The position numbers and the translations under genes were made by a program. The notes beneath the pieces are model-generated. The model had not been told where the DNA came from, did not search any database, and was given only the letters and a program-made list of their open reading frames with translations. Positions 46,912 through 60,095 of a stretch of DNA of 64,000 nt are shown in pieces. The stretch spans positions 62,930,001-62,994,000 of the forward strand of contig NC_091478.1 in the NCBI RefSeq assembly GCF_036971445.1, read 5' to 3'. Positions within the stretch are counted from its first letter, which is position 1; each line of letters begins with the position of its first letter. This DNA is from Narcine bancroftii (lineage: Eukaryota).

Positions 46912-49900
46912 ATTTTTTGTAATTTTATTCAGTATCTGATTTAGTTTTTCCCAAAACGTATTAACTTTTGTACATACCAAAGTTGCATGTAATGTTGTTC
47001 CCATTTCCCTCTTACAGCAAAAACATCTATCCGATAAGGTTGAATCTCATTTAAAAATTTTTTGAGGAGTGATATATACCCTGTGTAACCAATTAAACTG
47101 TATCATGCGTAACCTTGTGTTTATTGTATTCTTCATAGTTCCAGAACAACTTTTCAAATACTTCATTTTTATCTTTATGTTTAGATCCTTTTCCCACTTC
47201 TGCTTAGGTTTATAATTTATTTCATTTTCCTTATCTTGCAGCTTAATGTACATGATGGTTATAAATCTTTTAATTTCCATTGTGTCTGTAATTACATTTT
47301 CAAAGCTGCTTCCTTCAGGTAATCTCAAGCTGTTTACCAATTTATCCTTTAAATAAGCTTTCAATTGATGATATGCAAACATTGTCCATGAGTTATCCCA
47401 TATTTGTACTTCAACTGTTCAAATGTTAATAAATTATTTCCCAAAAAATAATTTTCTATTCTTTTGATTCTTTTTCTCTCCCATTCTCTAAAGGAAAGGT
47501 TGTCTGTTGTAAACGGATCTGGCAGATTGAGGGTCAATAATAATTTTTATATTTGATAATTCGCTTTTTTTCCCTTTCTAAGTGGATCTTCTTCCATATA
47601 TTGTAAATGATGCAGTACTGGTGTGTTATCATATTGCACCAACTTTTCATCCCACTTATAAAGTATATGTTCCAGTACCTTCTCCCCTATTTTATCTAGT
47701 TCTATCTTAGTCCAGTCTAGTTTTTCCCTTGTCTGTTAAAAATCTGATAAATACCTTAATTGTGTTGCTCTATAATAATTTATAAAATTTGGTAACTGCA
47801 AACCACCTTGATTATACCTCTCTGCTAATTTATCTAATGCTACCTTTGATTTCCTCCCTTTCCACAAGAATTTCCTTATTATTCTCTTTAGTTCATTAAA
47901 GAACTTTTCTGTTAAAAGAATTGGTAATGTTTGAAATAAGTATTGTATTCTTGGGAACACGTTCATTTTAATGCAGTTCACCCTCCCTATCAACATTAGG
48001 GGTAATTCTTTTCAATGTTCTAAGTCTTCCTGCAATTTCTTTATTAGTGGCTGATAATTTAGTTTGTATAAGTGGCTTAAGTTATTATCTAACCTGATCC
48101 TAGGTATCGGATTGCTTGTGCTTGCCATCTAAATGGTGATTCTTTGTTAACTTCTGTATAGTCTGCAATACTCACTGGAATCACTTCACTTTTATTTCAT
48201 TGATCTTGTAACCTGATATTTCTCCAAATTCCATCAATTTCTTATGAAATTCTTTTACTGATAACTCTGGTTCTGTTAGGTATACTATGATGTCATCTGC
48301 AAAAAAGCTGATTTTATACTCCTTCTCCTTTTCTTTAATCATTTTTATTTTATTTTCTATTCTTATCAGTTCTGCCAAAGTTTCTATTGCTAAGGCGAAC
48401 AATGAGGGGCATAGTGGACATCCCTGTCTAGTTGACCTACTTAATTTAAAGTGACTCGATACATATCAATTTACTGCTACCTTCGCCAATGGTCCATTAT
48501 ACAATGCTATAATCCAATTTATATATTTTTTTCCTGTAGATTGAACTTCTGTAATACTTTAAGTAAGTAGTTCCACTCTACTCTGTCAAAGGCTTTTTCT
48601 GCATTCTAGAGCAACAGCCACTGTTGGTTTCTTATTTCCTTAAACTGCATGGATTAGATTAATAAGTTTACAGACATTGTCCACTGTTTGTCTTTTCTTA
48701 ATAAATCTAGTTTGATCTAGTTTTACTATTTTAGGAACACAGTCAGCCAATCTGTTAGCTAATAATTTCACTATTATCTTATAGTCTAAATTAAGTAGAG
48801 ATATTGGTCTATATGATGTTGGTGTTAATGAGTCCTTTCTAATCTTTGGTATTAATTTGTTTTCATAATTTAATTTATATAAAAATTGATAATTAACATT
48901 CAAAATTATACCCAGATATTTGATTCGATCAGTCCACTTCAAATTAATAATATTCTTATAAACTGAATAATCTCCTTCACTTACCGGTAACATTTCACTT
49001 TTTTCCCAAAAAACTTTATATCCAGAAAGACATCCATTTTGTATTAAACATTCCTTCAAATGCAAAGGTGACTGAGGTTGGTTTATTAAATACACCAATA
49101 CATCATCAGCAAATAAATTAATTTTATACTCCTCATCTAAAACTTTCATACCTTGTATCTGTGTATTTTGTCTTATCAACTGTGTTAAAGGTTCAATCAC
49201 TAACACAAACAAAGCTGATGATAAAGGAAAATCTTGATGAGTTGATTGAGTTAACTTAAAAGATTCTGAAATCAAACCATTCCTCAATATTCTAGCCAGC
49301 AGTTTACTATATAGAGACCTAATCCAACTAATAAAAGAAGGACCAAATTTAAATTTCTCCAAAACTTTAAATAAAAAATTCCATTCAACTCTATCAAATG
49401 CTTTTTATACATCTAAGGATATCACCATCGGATGATCATTAAACTAATCATGCGAAAAATGTTATCTGAAGCATAATTATTCTTTATAAAACCTGTTTGA
49501 TCAATATGAATCAACTTTGGTAAAAGTTTAGCCAATCTATTCGCTAATTCTTTAGCTATTATTTTATAATCTACATTTAACAACGAAAGTGATCTATATG
49601 AAGATACTTTCAAAGGATCTCTACCTTTTTTTTAGGAATTACTGTAATTAAAGCACCAGAACAAGACTCAGGTAAATCATGAAGTTCTCCAACTTGATGT
49701 GATACATCCCCAAACACAGAAGATAAATCATCATAAAAGATTTATAAAACTAAACCGAAAATCTATCATCACCATGAGACTTACCATTCGCCAATTCCAG
49801 CATAGCCATTTTAATTTCTGAATCAGTAAATGGTTCTTCTAACTCCTGTATATCTCCATCCTCTACTATTGGTAAATTCAACTGTGATTTTAAAAAATCA

Positions 49901-52900
49901 ATCGATCCAGTTTCCTGTTTTCCTTCAAATGTATATAATTTTTTATAAAATGAATAAAATTCATCATTGATCTCATGAGGTTTATAAGTATAAGAGAATT
50001 CCATCTAACAGCATTAATAGTCCTCGATATCTGTTCTTTCTTTAATTGCCATGCCAATACCTTATCTGCTTGCTCTCCCCATTCATAATACTGTTGTTTA
50101 GTCCTATTAATCACACATTCAAATTGATAAGATTGCAAAGTATTATATTTCATTTTCAGCCTAGGTAATTCTATTTTCTGATCTTCTGTAGTAGCATCTT
50201 TCTGAAATTCCTTTTCTAACATCGATCTGTTTCTCTAATTCAAAACTCTGATTTAATCGATTTTTTTTTTTATTTTAGAAGTATAACTAATTATTTGTCC
50301 TCTCAAATAGGCTTTCATATCATCTCATAATACAAACTTACTTTGAAGAGAATTATAATTTTCTTTAAAAAAAAATTAATTTGTTTTTTCAAAAAATCAC
50401 TAAATTCCATATTTTTTAACATTGTATTAAATCTCCAATGATAAGCTATTTGAATTTTCTCAGAAGTTTAATATGTAAAATATAACAGAGAATGATTTGA
50501 CATCACCTTACTTTTATATTCCGCTTGTTGTATTTTCCCTTTTAAATGTGCTGATACTAAAATGAACTCAATTCTTGAAAATGATTCATGACGAGATGAA
50601 TAAAAGGAAAAATCTTTCTCTGTTGGATTAAGATGTCTCCAAATATCTACTAAATTAAGATCTTTCATCAATGCTTGGACCTGGATTGCCATCTTAGATT
50701 TTTTTTACTTTCTTCGGAGATTTATCTAATAAAGGTTCCAAAAACACAATTAAAATCACCACCAACTAAAATATAATCATTAGCTTGACCCAAACATATA
50801 AATGCCTCCGAAATAAAAACTTCATCATCTGGATTTGGAGCATAAATAGTAAGTAAAGTCCAAAATTCACTAAAAATCTTACAATTCAATTTGTGATTGA
50901 ATCATGCCCTTTCCTCCATTGATTGTAATTCAAAAGATAAATTTTTATGTATCAAAATTGCTACACTTTTAGCTCTAGAATTAAATGAAGAATGATATAC
51001 ATGTCCAACCCAGTCCCTTTTTAATTTCATGCTTTCCTTCACATTCAAATGTGTTTCTTGTAAAAAGGCAATATCAATTCTCATTTTCTTAATATTAACT
51101 TCTGTTTAATCATACTATTTAATCATCGAACATTAAAAGTATCAAACCTCAACTTTGACATATCTACTATTATTACTAAATATCAATAATATCTTTATAT
51201 AAAAACTCAAATCAACGTATATAGACCCTCCAATAGAAAAAATCACAAATTAAAAACTAAAAAATAAAACAAAAATAAAAAACAATAAAGAAAAAGAAAA
51301 AAAGAAAACTCCTTAAAAAAAACTAAGAAAGGTAGTAATCCCCTAAACAAAAATTGAGTCTGTGTCACCCACCAGTGGCTGATGACTAGTAAAGAACTTA
51401 GTGCAAATCTCTCCCTCCCCAGCCAAACAATCAGTAACATCAAAATATCGTAATTACAAAAAAAAAATAGAATAAGAAAATTCTTCTTTTGATCCAAAAG
51501 ATTCCAATCTCGAAGATCCCATTTCAGAAGGAGGTAGACTCTTTCCATTCCCGTTTTTCCCATTTCTGCCATTTCTTCCATTTCCAGAGCTACCAAAGTT
51601 TTCTTTAGGGGATAATGGAGGACTACGTCTTTGTCCTCTTATATCTGGCAAAGAGTCAGCAAAAATAATTGCTTCAGAATCAGTTTCAAAAAACAGAAAT
51701 TCATAGTCTCCGTAAAACACCTTCAAAACTGCAGGGTAACGAAAAGTAGACTGAAACTTTTACGCCACAAAGCTTATTTAACTGGATTGAATCGATGTCG
51801 ATGTTGAATGACATCTTGACTCAGATCAGGATAAGAAAAGACTCTGCTATACTGAATCAATAATGGGGTTTTTCATTGTCTCACATTTTGTACTGCAAGT
51901 TGAAGTATGGCTTGTATATCCAAATAAATCAAACATCGAATTATTACCGGTCTTGGGGGTTGACCAGCTGAGGGTATTCTTCTTAAAGCTCTATAGGCTC
52001 TTTCCAGTGCCAATCCCCCAGAGAAAAATTCTGGCCCTAATATTTGCGGAATCCAGTCTTTAAATAAACGAAGAAAATCTTCTGGCAAACCTACAATTTT
52101 CACATTATTCCTTCTGCTTTGATTTTCCAAATAATTTATTTTTCTTTCTAGCTCCTTCTCATGATCTCATAATTCTATGACTGATTTTTACACCTTCAAC
52201 ACTTTTTCTGTATTAGAAGTCACTTGTTGTTTACAGTCCAAAAAAGCAGTCTGAATTTAAAAAAATTCTTCATAAGTTGCATCCACATGTGTCTTAACCA
52301 TATTTAATTCTGAACTCATAGCAGCATTCATTTCAACCATTTCAATATTCTGAGATGTCAACAAATCCATTCCAGGTTTTATAACAGCTTGAATAATTGC
52401 ATTCAATTGCATACACTGTGAATCAGCAAATCTCAGCTCTGCTCTCTCTGACATAGTGGCTGTACAAGGTAACTGCAGCTCCTGATGCAACTCAACAGAA
52501 GGCATTTTAAAAGTTTAACTGCGGGTCTGGACTCCCAGCGATGGCACCCCGACTTCCTCAGGGTGTTGCTGCTGGTCTCCCCCCCTCCAGTATCTCATTG
52601 TTTTCTCACCAATTCGCAAAGAAAAACAATTTCTTCAGATTAAAATGCTACCTGGTGCATTTCCATCAATGGCGTCATCTTCCTGCATACTCCCTCCATT
52701 GAAATTGAAAGTCTTTCCAAATCGGGGTCCATTTCTTGGAAACACACACCTTCTTCTGGAGAACGAGTAATTCCAACGCACTCCTTCATTTGGTGAGCAA
52801 TAGATTATTTTCAGCCCCCACAGGCGATCTTTGGGGTTAAGGCAATGAAGAAATTGAGCCTGGGGCTGTTTCAGGTCTCTAGGCCCCAGATCTTTGGCAC

Positions 52901-55900
52901 TTCAAAAATGTAACTTCTTATGAACTTGTGGATTAGTCCTTTTCCCATTAGTGGCCATAATAATTCCTTAATACTTTAAACTAAAATTTTAAAAGTTTTC
53001 AAGTTTTAAAAACTTGAAAACAAAGTGTTAAAAAACAGGTATTTAAAAGTCTGGCCAGAGAGGTTGAGATTGCACATCTAGACTCTACACCATCTTGTCA
53101 CGCCACCCCCATCTTTGGTATTAATGTAATTATTGCTCTCTTACATGAATCTGGCAAGTTTTCTGTTTCTTATGTCTGGTTCATTACTTACAGTCGAGGA
53201 GGAATTAATAACTCTTCAAATATTTTATAAAATTCTATTGGAAATCCATCCTCTCCTGGTGATTTATTGTTCAGCAGCTTTTTTAATATATCCTGTACTT
53301 CCTCTATTTCAAATGGTTTTATTCGTTTGTTTTGTTCCTCTTCTTGCAAATTCGGCAATTCAATTTTAGCTTAAATATTCCTCTATTTTATCATCTTTGC
53401 CCTCGTTCTCAGTTTGTTACAATTGTTCATAAAATTCTTTATAATTTCTGTTGGATTATATGTAATTTGTTTGTCTTTTTTCCTTTAACTTGTTCTGTTT
53501 TAAGTTGCCAGGCTAATATTTTATGTGTTTTTTTTCTCCCAGTTCATAATATTTTTGCTTTGTTTCCATTATGTTCTTCTCCACCTGATACATTTGTAAT
53601 GTTTCGTATTTAAATTTTTTTGTCCGCCAATTCTCTCCATTTCATTGTATCATCCCTTTTCACTAATTCCTTTTCTGTACTTACTATCTCCATTTCCAAC
53701 TGCTCTATTTCCCGATTGTAATCCTATTTCATCTTAGTCACATAACTTATTATCTGCCCTCTAATGAAGGCTTTTGTTGTGTCCCATAATATAAATTTGT
53801 CTTTCAGTGATCCTGTGTTTATTTCAAAATATGTTTTAATTTGGAATTCAATAAACTCCCTACATTCCTGTCTTTTACAAAGCATGGAGTTTAACCTCTA
53901 TCTATATATTCTTGGTGGGATGTCCACCCCAGTTCTATTGCTAATAATAGGGGTGAATGATCTGATAGTAGTCTAGCTTTATACTCAGTTTTTCTAACTC
54001 TCCCTTGAATATGGGCTGACAACAAAAACATAACAATCCTTGAGTAAGTTTTGTGCCTACTCGAATAATATGAAAATTCCTTCTCTCTTGGGTGTTACCT
54101 CATCCATAAGTTTCATTTCCTGCATTGATTTAACCATAATATTGGTTACTTTATTCTTTTTACTTGTCTTTTGTCCAGTTTTATCCAACATTGGGTCCAA
54201 ATTAAGGTTAAAATCCCCTCCTATCAATATATTTCTTTGTGTGTCTGCAATCTTCAAAAAAATATCCTGCATAAACTTATGATCCTCCTCATTAGGTGCG
54301 TATATATTGAGCAAATTCCAAAATTCTGAGTGTATCTGACACTTTATCATTGCATACCTCCCTGCCAGATCTATTATTTCCTCCTCTATTTTGATTGGTA
54401 ATATGGCTATACCTCTAGCTTTTGAATGACAGGATGATGCCATTACATGTCCTACCCAATCTCTATTTAGTTTGTTATGTTCCGCTTCAGTTATGTGTTT
54501 CCCGCACAATTGCTATATCTATTTTTTCCTTCTTCAATAAATTTAGTAGCCTCTTCCTTTTAATTTGGTTATGGATTACATTAATGTTTATAGTCATATA
54601 GTTCAACATGGCCATCTTATATCTTGTATACACCACTTTTCCAACTCTTCGCCACCTCCATCCCCCTTTTCCCCATTTTCATCTCTTAGTTTTCTCTTAT
54701 TACACTTAATGTACAACAACACATTTAAAACATAAAGTACCCTCACAGTTCTCACATTAACCCCAAAAGTTTCCCCCTCTCTGAGTTGCCCCATATCCAT
54801 TGCTGGACATCCACAACTCCCCTTTTCACTTGGATTGCAATCTTGTTCACAGCGCCAACTGATTTTGCAGTGATGGTTATTCCATCTCTACCCATCCCTC
54901 TCCAGAAAACACTTTTTTAAAACACATATAACAAAGCTCTCTCTTTTTTCCCTTACCCCCTTCCTTCCTTCTCTTTTCCCTCTATAGTTCTTTACATATA
55001 AATTGTTTTTACATCTTTATATATACTTTATCACCATTTGTCATTCTTGTTACATCTCTTCATCTCTTCTTCTGTCTTGCAAACATTCTGCAAATTCTTG
55101 CACTTTCTCTGGATCCGAGAACAGTCTGTTTTGCTCCCTGGGTATAAATATTTTAAACCAGATGGATTTCATGACATGTATTTTTAACTTTTTTTTCCAT
55201 AAAATCAATTTTGCTGTTTTAAACTCCTTCCTCCTCTTTGAGTTCAAAACTTATGCCTGGGTACAAAAAATATTTTTGACCCTTTTATTCCAATGCTTTT
55301 TTAAATCTTCTCTAACTTTATTCCTAGCTCTTTCCAGTATATTTTCTCTTGTCGTGTATCTCAAAAATTTTATTAAGATGGATCTTGGTTTTTGATGTGC
55401 CTGTGGTTTCGGAGCTAATGGTCTGTGTGCCCTTATTTTCTATTCTTCCTGCATTTCTGTCATTCCCAGGACCTTCTGGATCTATCCTTTTATAAATTGC
55501 TTCATGTCTGTGCCTTCTTCACCCTCCTTCAAGCCCACTATTTTTTATGTTGTTCCACCAACTATAATTTTCCAACATATCAATTTTCTGAGATAACAAC
55601 TCTTGTGTCTCTTTAATTTTTTTTGTCACTTTCTTCCAATTTTTCTCTTGTCATTTACTTCCATTTCTACACCATTTCCCATTCTTCCACGTACTCTACT
55701 CTTTTCCCTATTTCTGTTATTACCACTTCTAAACTTTGCATCTTCTGTTCTTTTCATTTTCCTTTTAATTGCATTAAATTCTAATTATAACCATTCTTTT
55801 AGTGATCTCATTTGTTCTTAAAAAAAATTTATCTATACTCTGTTCATCAGTTTTACCTTTTATTTCTGTTTGTCCATCAGTTTTATCTTCTATTTCTCTA

Positions 55901-56650
55901 TGAAGATCTTGGTTTTCTTCTTTCTCTTCTTTTGTGACTGTACCTGTGTTTGTGTCTTCATCTTCTCCTCTTTGTGCCTGTGTCTCTTCTGTTTTCCCTT
56001 ATGAGCTACTTGTATCTCTTTGTCGGGCCTCTTCTTGCTGGGCCTTTTGTTGCTGGTCCTCCCCTCCTGGGCTGCTTATGTGCTGTGCTTCCTGACGTTG
56101 GCCTTCTTATCATTCAACCCTCCGTCTATATCCCACATCTGTTTCATCGCTCCCTCTTCTGCTGTCTTCCTCATCCTCCAGCTGAGAGCCCTGGTGTTGG
56201 GTGTCATTTAGCTGTTCACGTTGTGACAGCCTGCTCCTCTGCTGAGCCCCCTTCCACCAGTGTCCTCTTTCTCCTTTGATTGCACACTGAACACATTTGT
56301 TTGGCTCAGAGAACCATTTTTGAAGTCCACCAGCTGGTGAGTCGCAACTCTGTAGGTCAGGTACTGACCTCGAGGATTGGGCGCTCCTCGCCACCACAGC
56401 GCCTTGTTCCTTCTTGTAGGTAAAGTCTTCTTCTTTCTTCTCCGGCGACTTTTCTCCTTTTTTTTCCAGTTGTTCTTACTTTCTCCTTCTTGGAAGCCAT
56501 CTTCTTTCTCTTTTCTCTATCTTTATCTTCTACTTCTTATATTTTATTTTTGTTATGCTTTGCTTTTTTCTAACGTTTCTCCTATTTTCCTGGAGAGGGC
56601 TGGTTTCCCCAACCGGCCACTACTCCATCACGTGACTCCCGACTCACCGG
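46912..56650 (-). mobile_element. L1-clade LINE (second family), 3'-truncated, host of a nested L1
   Basis: ORF2 pieces at 47047-48850 and 53126-54600 (NIYAPNEED, GGDFNL, SYRPISLLNLDYK); ORF1 remnants at about 55050-55800; 5' end near 56650. Boundaries approximate. Confidence 0.88.
48857..53110 (-). mobile_element. Nested L1 (same family as 23386-29696), 5'-complete but ending inside ORF2
   Basis: 5' end GGGGGTGGCGTGACAAGATGG; ORF1 ENQSRRNNVKIVGLPE; RT LFADD. Exact 15-bp TSD ATCTTTGGTATTAAT at 48842-48856 and 53111-53125. Confidence 0.92.
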
Positions 56651-56689
56651 AACTTGATGTCCTCTATTCTCTCCTCTACTGAGTTATTA

Positions 56690-59080
56690 ATGTGTAGTGG
56701 GAGGTAGCAGTCGCTGGCCTATCACAATCATCTGCTTTATCTTCTCCAGGATGATTCTCAGGTTGTTTCTCTTGCACTATTTCACAAGATTCCCCCCCCA
56801 CCCCCGCCCTCTTCTCTGTAGTGCGACTCATCATTGTTGCTGATCAGACTAAGCACTGTCGTGTCATCCAAAAACTCTGTTGGAGCTGGATCTGACACTG
56901 CTGTTGTATGTCCATAGGGTAAAGAAGTGCAGACTGAGCACACAGCTCTCAGCTGAGAGCCAGTTCTCAGCATGATGGTGTTCCACGTTCTGCTTCAGTC
57001 CCGAACAGTCTTCTTTCCTTAAGGAGTCCAGAATCCAGTTAGATGGAGGGGTGATGAGTTCCAGCGAGGTCAACTTGCCACTAATCTTTGGAGTAGATTG
57101 TACTAAACGCCGAGCTGAAGTAAATGTACAGCACTTAGCATATATTGTTCTCCAGATGGGTCAAGGTGGAGTGATTTTCAATCAATTGCTTTCTCAAAAT
57201 AGGCTGTGATGCAACCAGTCAGTATGCTTTCCACGGTGCACCTGCGGAACTTTGATATCTTCTTCTTTGGCTTGGCTTCGCGAATGAAGATTTATGGAGG
57301 GGGTAAATGTCCACGTCAGCTGCAGGCTCGTTTGTGGCTGACAAATCCGATGCGGGACAGGCAGACATGGTTGCAACGGTTGCAGAGGAAAATTGGTTGG
57401 TTGGGGTTGGGTGTTGGGTTTTTCTTCCTTTGTCTTTTGTCAGTGAGGTGGGCTCTGCGGTCTTCTTGAAAGGAGGTTGCTACCCTCCGAACTGTGAGGC
57501 GCCAAGATGCACGGTTTGAGGCAATATCAGCGCACTGGCGGTGGTCAATGTGGCAGGCACCAAGAGATTTCTTTAGGCAGTCCTTGTACCTCTTCTTTGG
57601 TGCATTCTGTCACGGTGGCCAGTGGAGGGCTCACCATATAACACGATCTTGGGAAGGCGATGGTTCTCCATTCTGGAGACGTGACCCACCCAGCGCAGCT
57701 GGATCTTCAGCAGCACGGACTCGATGCTTTCGGCCTCTGCCATCTTGAGTACTTCGACGTTAGGGATGAAGGCGCTCGAATGAATGTTGAGGATGGAGCG
57801 GAGACAACGCTGGTGGAAGCGTTCTAGGAGCCATAGGTGATGCCGATAGAGGACCCATGATTTGGAGCCGAACAGGAGTGTGGGTATGACAACGGCTCTG
57901 TATACGCTTATCTTTGTGAGGTTTTTCAGTTGGTTGTTTTTCCAGACTCTTTTGTGCAGTCTTCCAAAGGCGCTATTTGCCTTGGCGAGTCTGTTGTCTA
58001 TCTCGTTGTCGATCCTTGCATCTGATGAAATGGTGCAGCCGAGATAGGTAAACTGGTTGACTGTTTTGAGTTTTGTGTGCCCGATGGAGATGTGGGGGGG
58101 CTGGTAGTCATGGTGGGGAGCTGGCTGATGGAGGACCTCAGTTTTCTTCAGGCTGACTTCCAGGCCAAACATTTTGGGAGTTTCCGCAAAACAGGACATC
58201 AAGCGCTGAAGAGCTGGCTCTGAATGGGCAACGAAAGCGGCATCGTCTGCAAAGAGTAGTTCACGGACAAGTTTCTCTTGTGTCTTGGTGTGAGCTTGCA
58301 GATGCCTCAGATTGAAGAGACTGCCATCCGTGAGGTACCAGATGTAAACAGCATCTTCATTGTTGACGTCTTTCATGGCTTGGTTCAGCATCATGCTGAA
58401 GAAGATTGAAAAGAGGGTTGGTGCGAGACCACAGCCTTGCTTCATGCCATTGTTAATGGAGAAGGGTTCAGAGAGCTCATTGCTGTATCTGACCCGACCT
58501 TGTTGGTTTTCGTGCAGTTGAATAACCATGTTGAGGAACTTTGGGGGCATCCGATGCCAAAGCCCTTTCCTGCTCACGGTGTCGAAGGCTTTGGTGAGGT
58601 CAACAAAGGTGATGTAGAGTCCTTTGATATATAATTTGATGATATACCAGATATCTAGACATTTTAGAAAGTATAGGCATTGGTATGCCTTCAAGTTTGT
58701 CTCGAAGCATTGCTCTGGGAGAGCCCTTCTAATATATGGACTTCAAGGAACTTGAAGGTATTAAGTCTCTCCACCTCTGTCCCATCTATAGGGTCTGGCA
58801 TGTGATCTATCGGCTTCCCCCTTTCTATTATCAAACTCTTTGGTCTTAATGATGTTGAGAGCAGGAATGTGGTTGTGGCACCACCCATTCATATTCCTGA
58901 CCTTTATTTTGACATTATTTCCAGTTATCTGGCCAACCAAGGGGAGTCTCAGCAACTTTATAGACTGTGATGCAGATGCATTTGTCTACACAGTCCACAA
59001 GAAATAAAGCAGGGGCCCTTGGGTGACCTTGAATTGATGGTCAGCGAGGAGGATGTACCAATCTGTCTTTTCCTATGCCA
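56690..59080 (-). mobile_element. Rex1/Babar-like RT fragments interrupted by an RTE
   Basis: EFLDDTTVLSLISNNDESHYREE and IDGTEVERLNTFKFLEVHI; probably more than one copy. Confidence 0.65.
57259..58621 (-). mobile_element. Young RTE LINE, about 1.4-kb 3' portion
   Basis: FVDLTKAFDTV..GMKQGCGLAPTLF..ELLFADD..SHKRACS; TSD CTTTGATAT at 57250-57258 and 58622-58630. Confidence 0.94.
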
Positions 59081-59129
59081 TATGCAAATATGTGTGACAT
59101 TGGATAACTCAGGCTCTTGCGATGGTAAA

Positions 59130-60095
59130 GGATCCCTGGTTGGCTCACCAGCAGCATCACCTCTCCTTTGTGTAGCACTTTACCACCGACATTAGGCACA
59201 AGGCAGGAAAGAACAACATGGTTGCTGATGCACTCTCCCAGCCATCTGTACGCTGACACACAGCCTCGACTTCCACCAGCTCACCCAGGACCCGATGTCT
59301 GATGAGGAGATGAGAGCCTTCAAGACCACCATCACCAGCCTGCGGTTCCGAGATCTCCTGACTCCGAGTGGCGAAGATACCATCCTTTGCAATATCTCCA
59401 TGGGCACTCCATGACCAGTGGTTCCCCAGCAGTGGCACAGGCGGGTCTTTCATCACATCCAAGACCTTTAACATCTGTCCATCACATCCACGGTCCGGAT
59501 GATGGCAGAACGGTTTATATGGCATGGGCTGCGGAAGCAGATCGTGGGCTGGGTCAGAACATGCACCCATTGCAGACATCCAAGGTGCATACGCACACCA
59601 GGGCACTGTAACAGGAGTTCGAGTATGTCCGGGAATGGTTCAGCCACATTCACATGGACATTGTCAGGCCCTTACCCATTTCCCGAGGCAACCATTACCT
59701 GTTTATGATGGTGGACCACACCACTCGCTGGCCCAAGGCTATCTCGATGCTAGACACCTCCACTGACTCCTGCTCCCAGCACTGTTGCATGGTTGTGTCA
59801 CCCGGTTCAGCATCCTGGGGCACCTCACCAGTGATTGGAGCATCCAGTTCACATCTGTGCTCTGGGCACAGCTCGCCAATAGGTTGGGGATACAGCTACA
59901 CCGCACCATGGCCTACCACCCACTGGCCAATAGACTGGTTGAATGTCTGCACCGGTGCTGACTGGTTGGACAAACTGCCTTGGGTGCTCCTGGGCATCCA
60001 CTCCACTCCCAAGGAAGATCTGCAGGTGTCATCAGCTGAGCTGGTCTATGGTGCACCGCTGGCACTACCTGGTGAGTTCGTCAAAGCACCTCACA
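59130..60095 (+). mobile_element. Gypsy integrase fragment
   Basis: GKNNMVADALS, HMDIVRPLPISRGNHYLFMMVDHTTRWP, WLDKLPWVLLGIHSTPKEDL..SSAELVYG. Confidence 0.88.

Noticed and set aside
48640-49362. 240-aa ORF with apparently permuted RT motifs
   Set aside because: Chimera across the junction of a nested L1 and its host L1, explained by the 15-bp TSD.
53133-56682. Many hydrophobic plus-strand ORFs resembling membrane proteins
   Set aside because: Antisense of A-rich L1 sequence.
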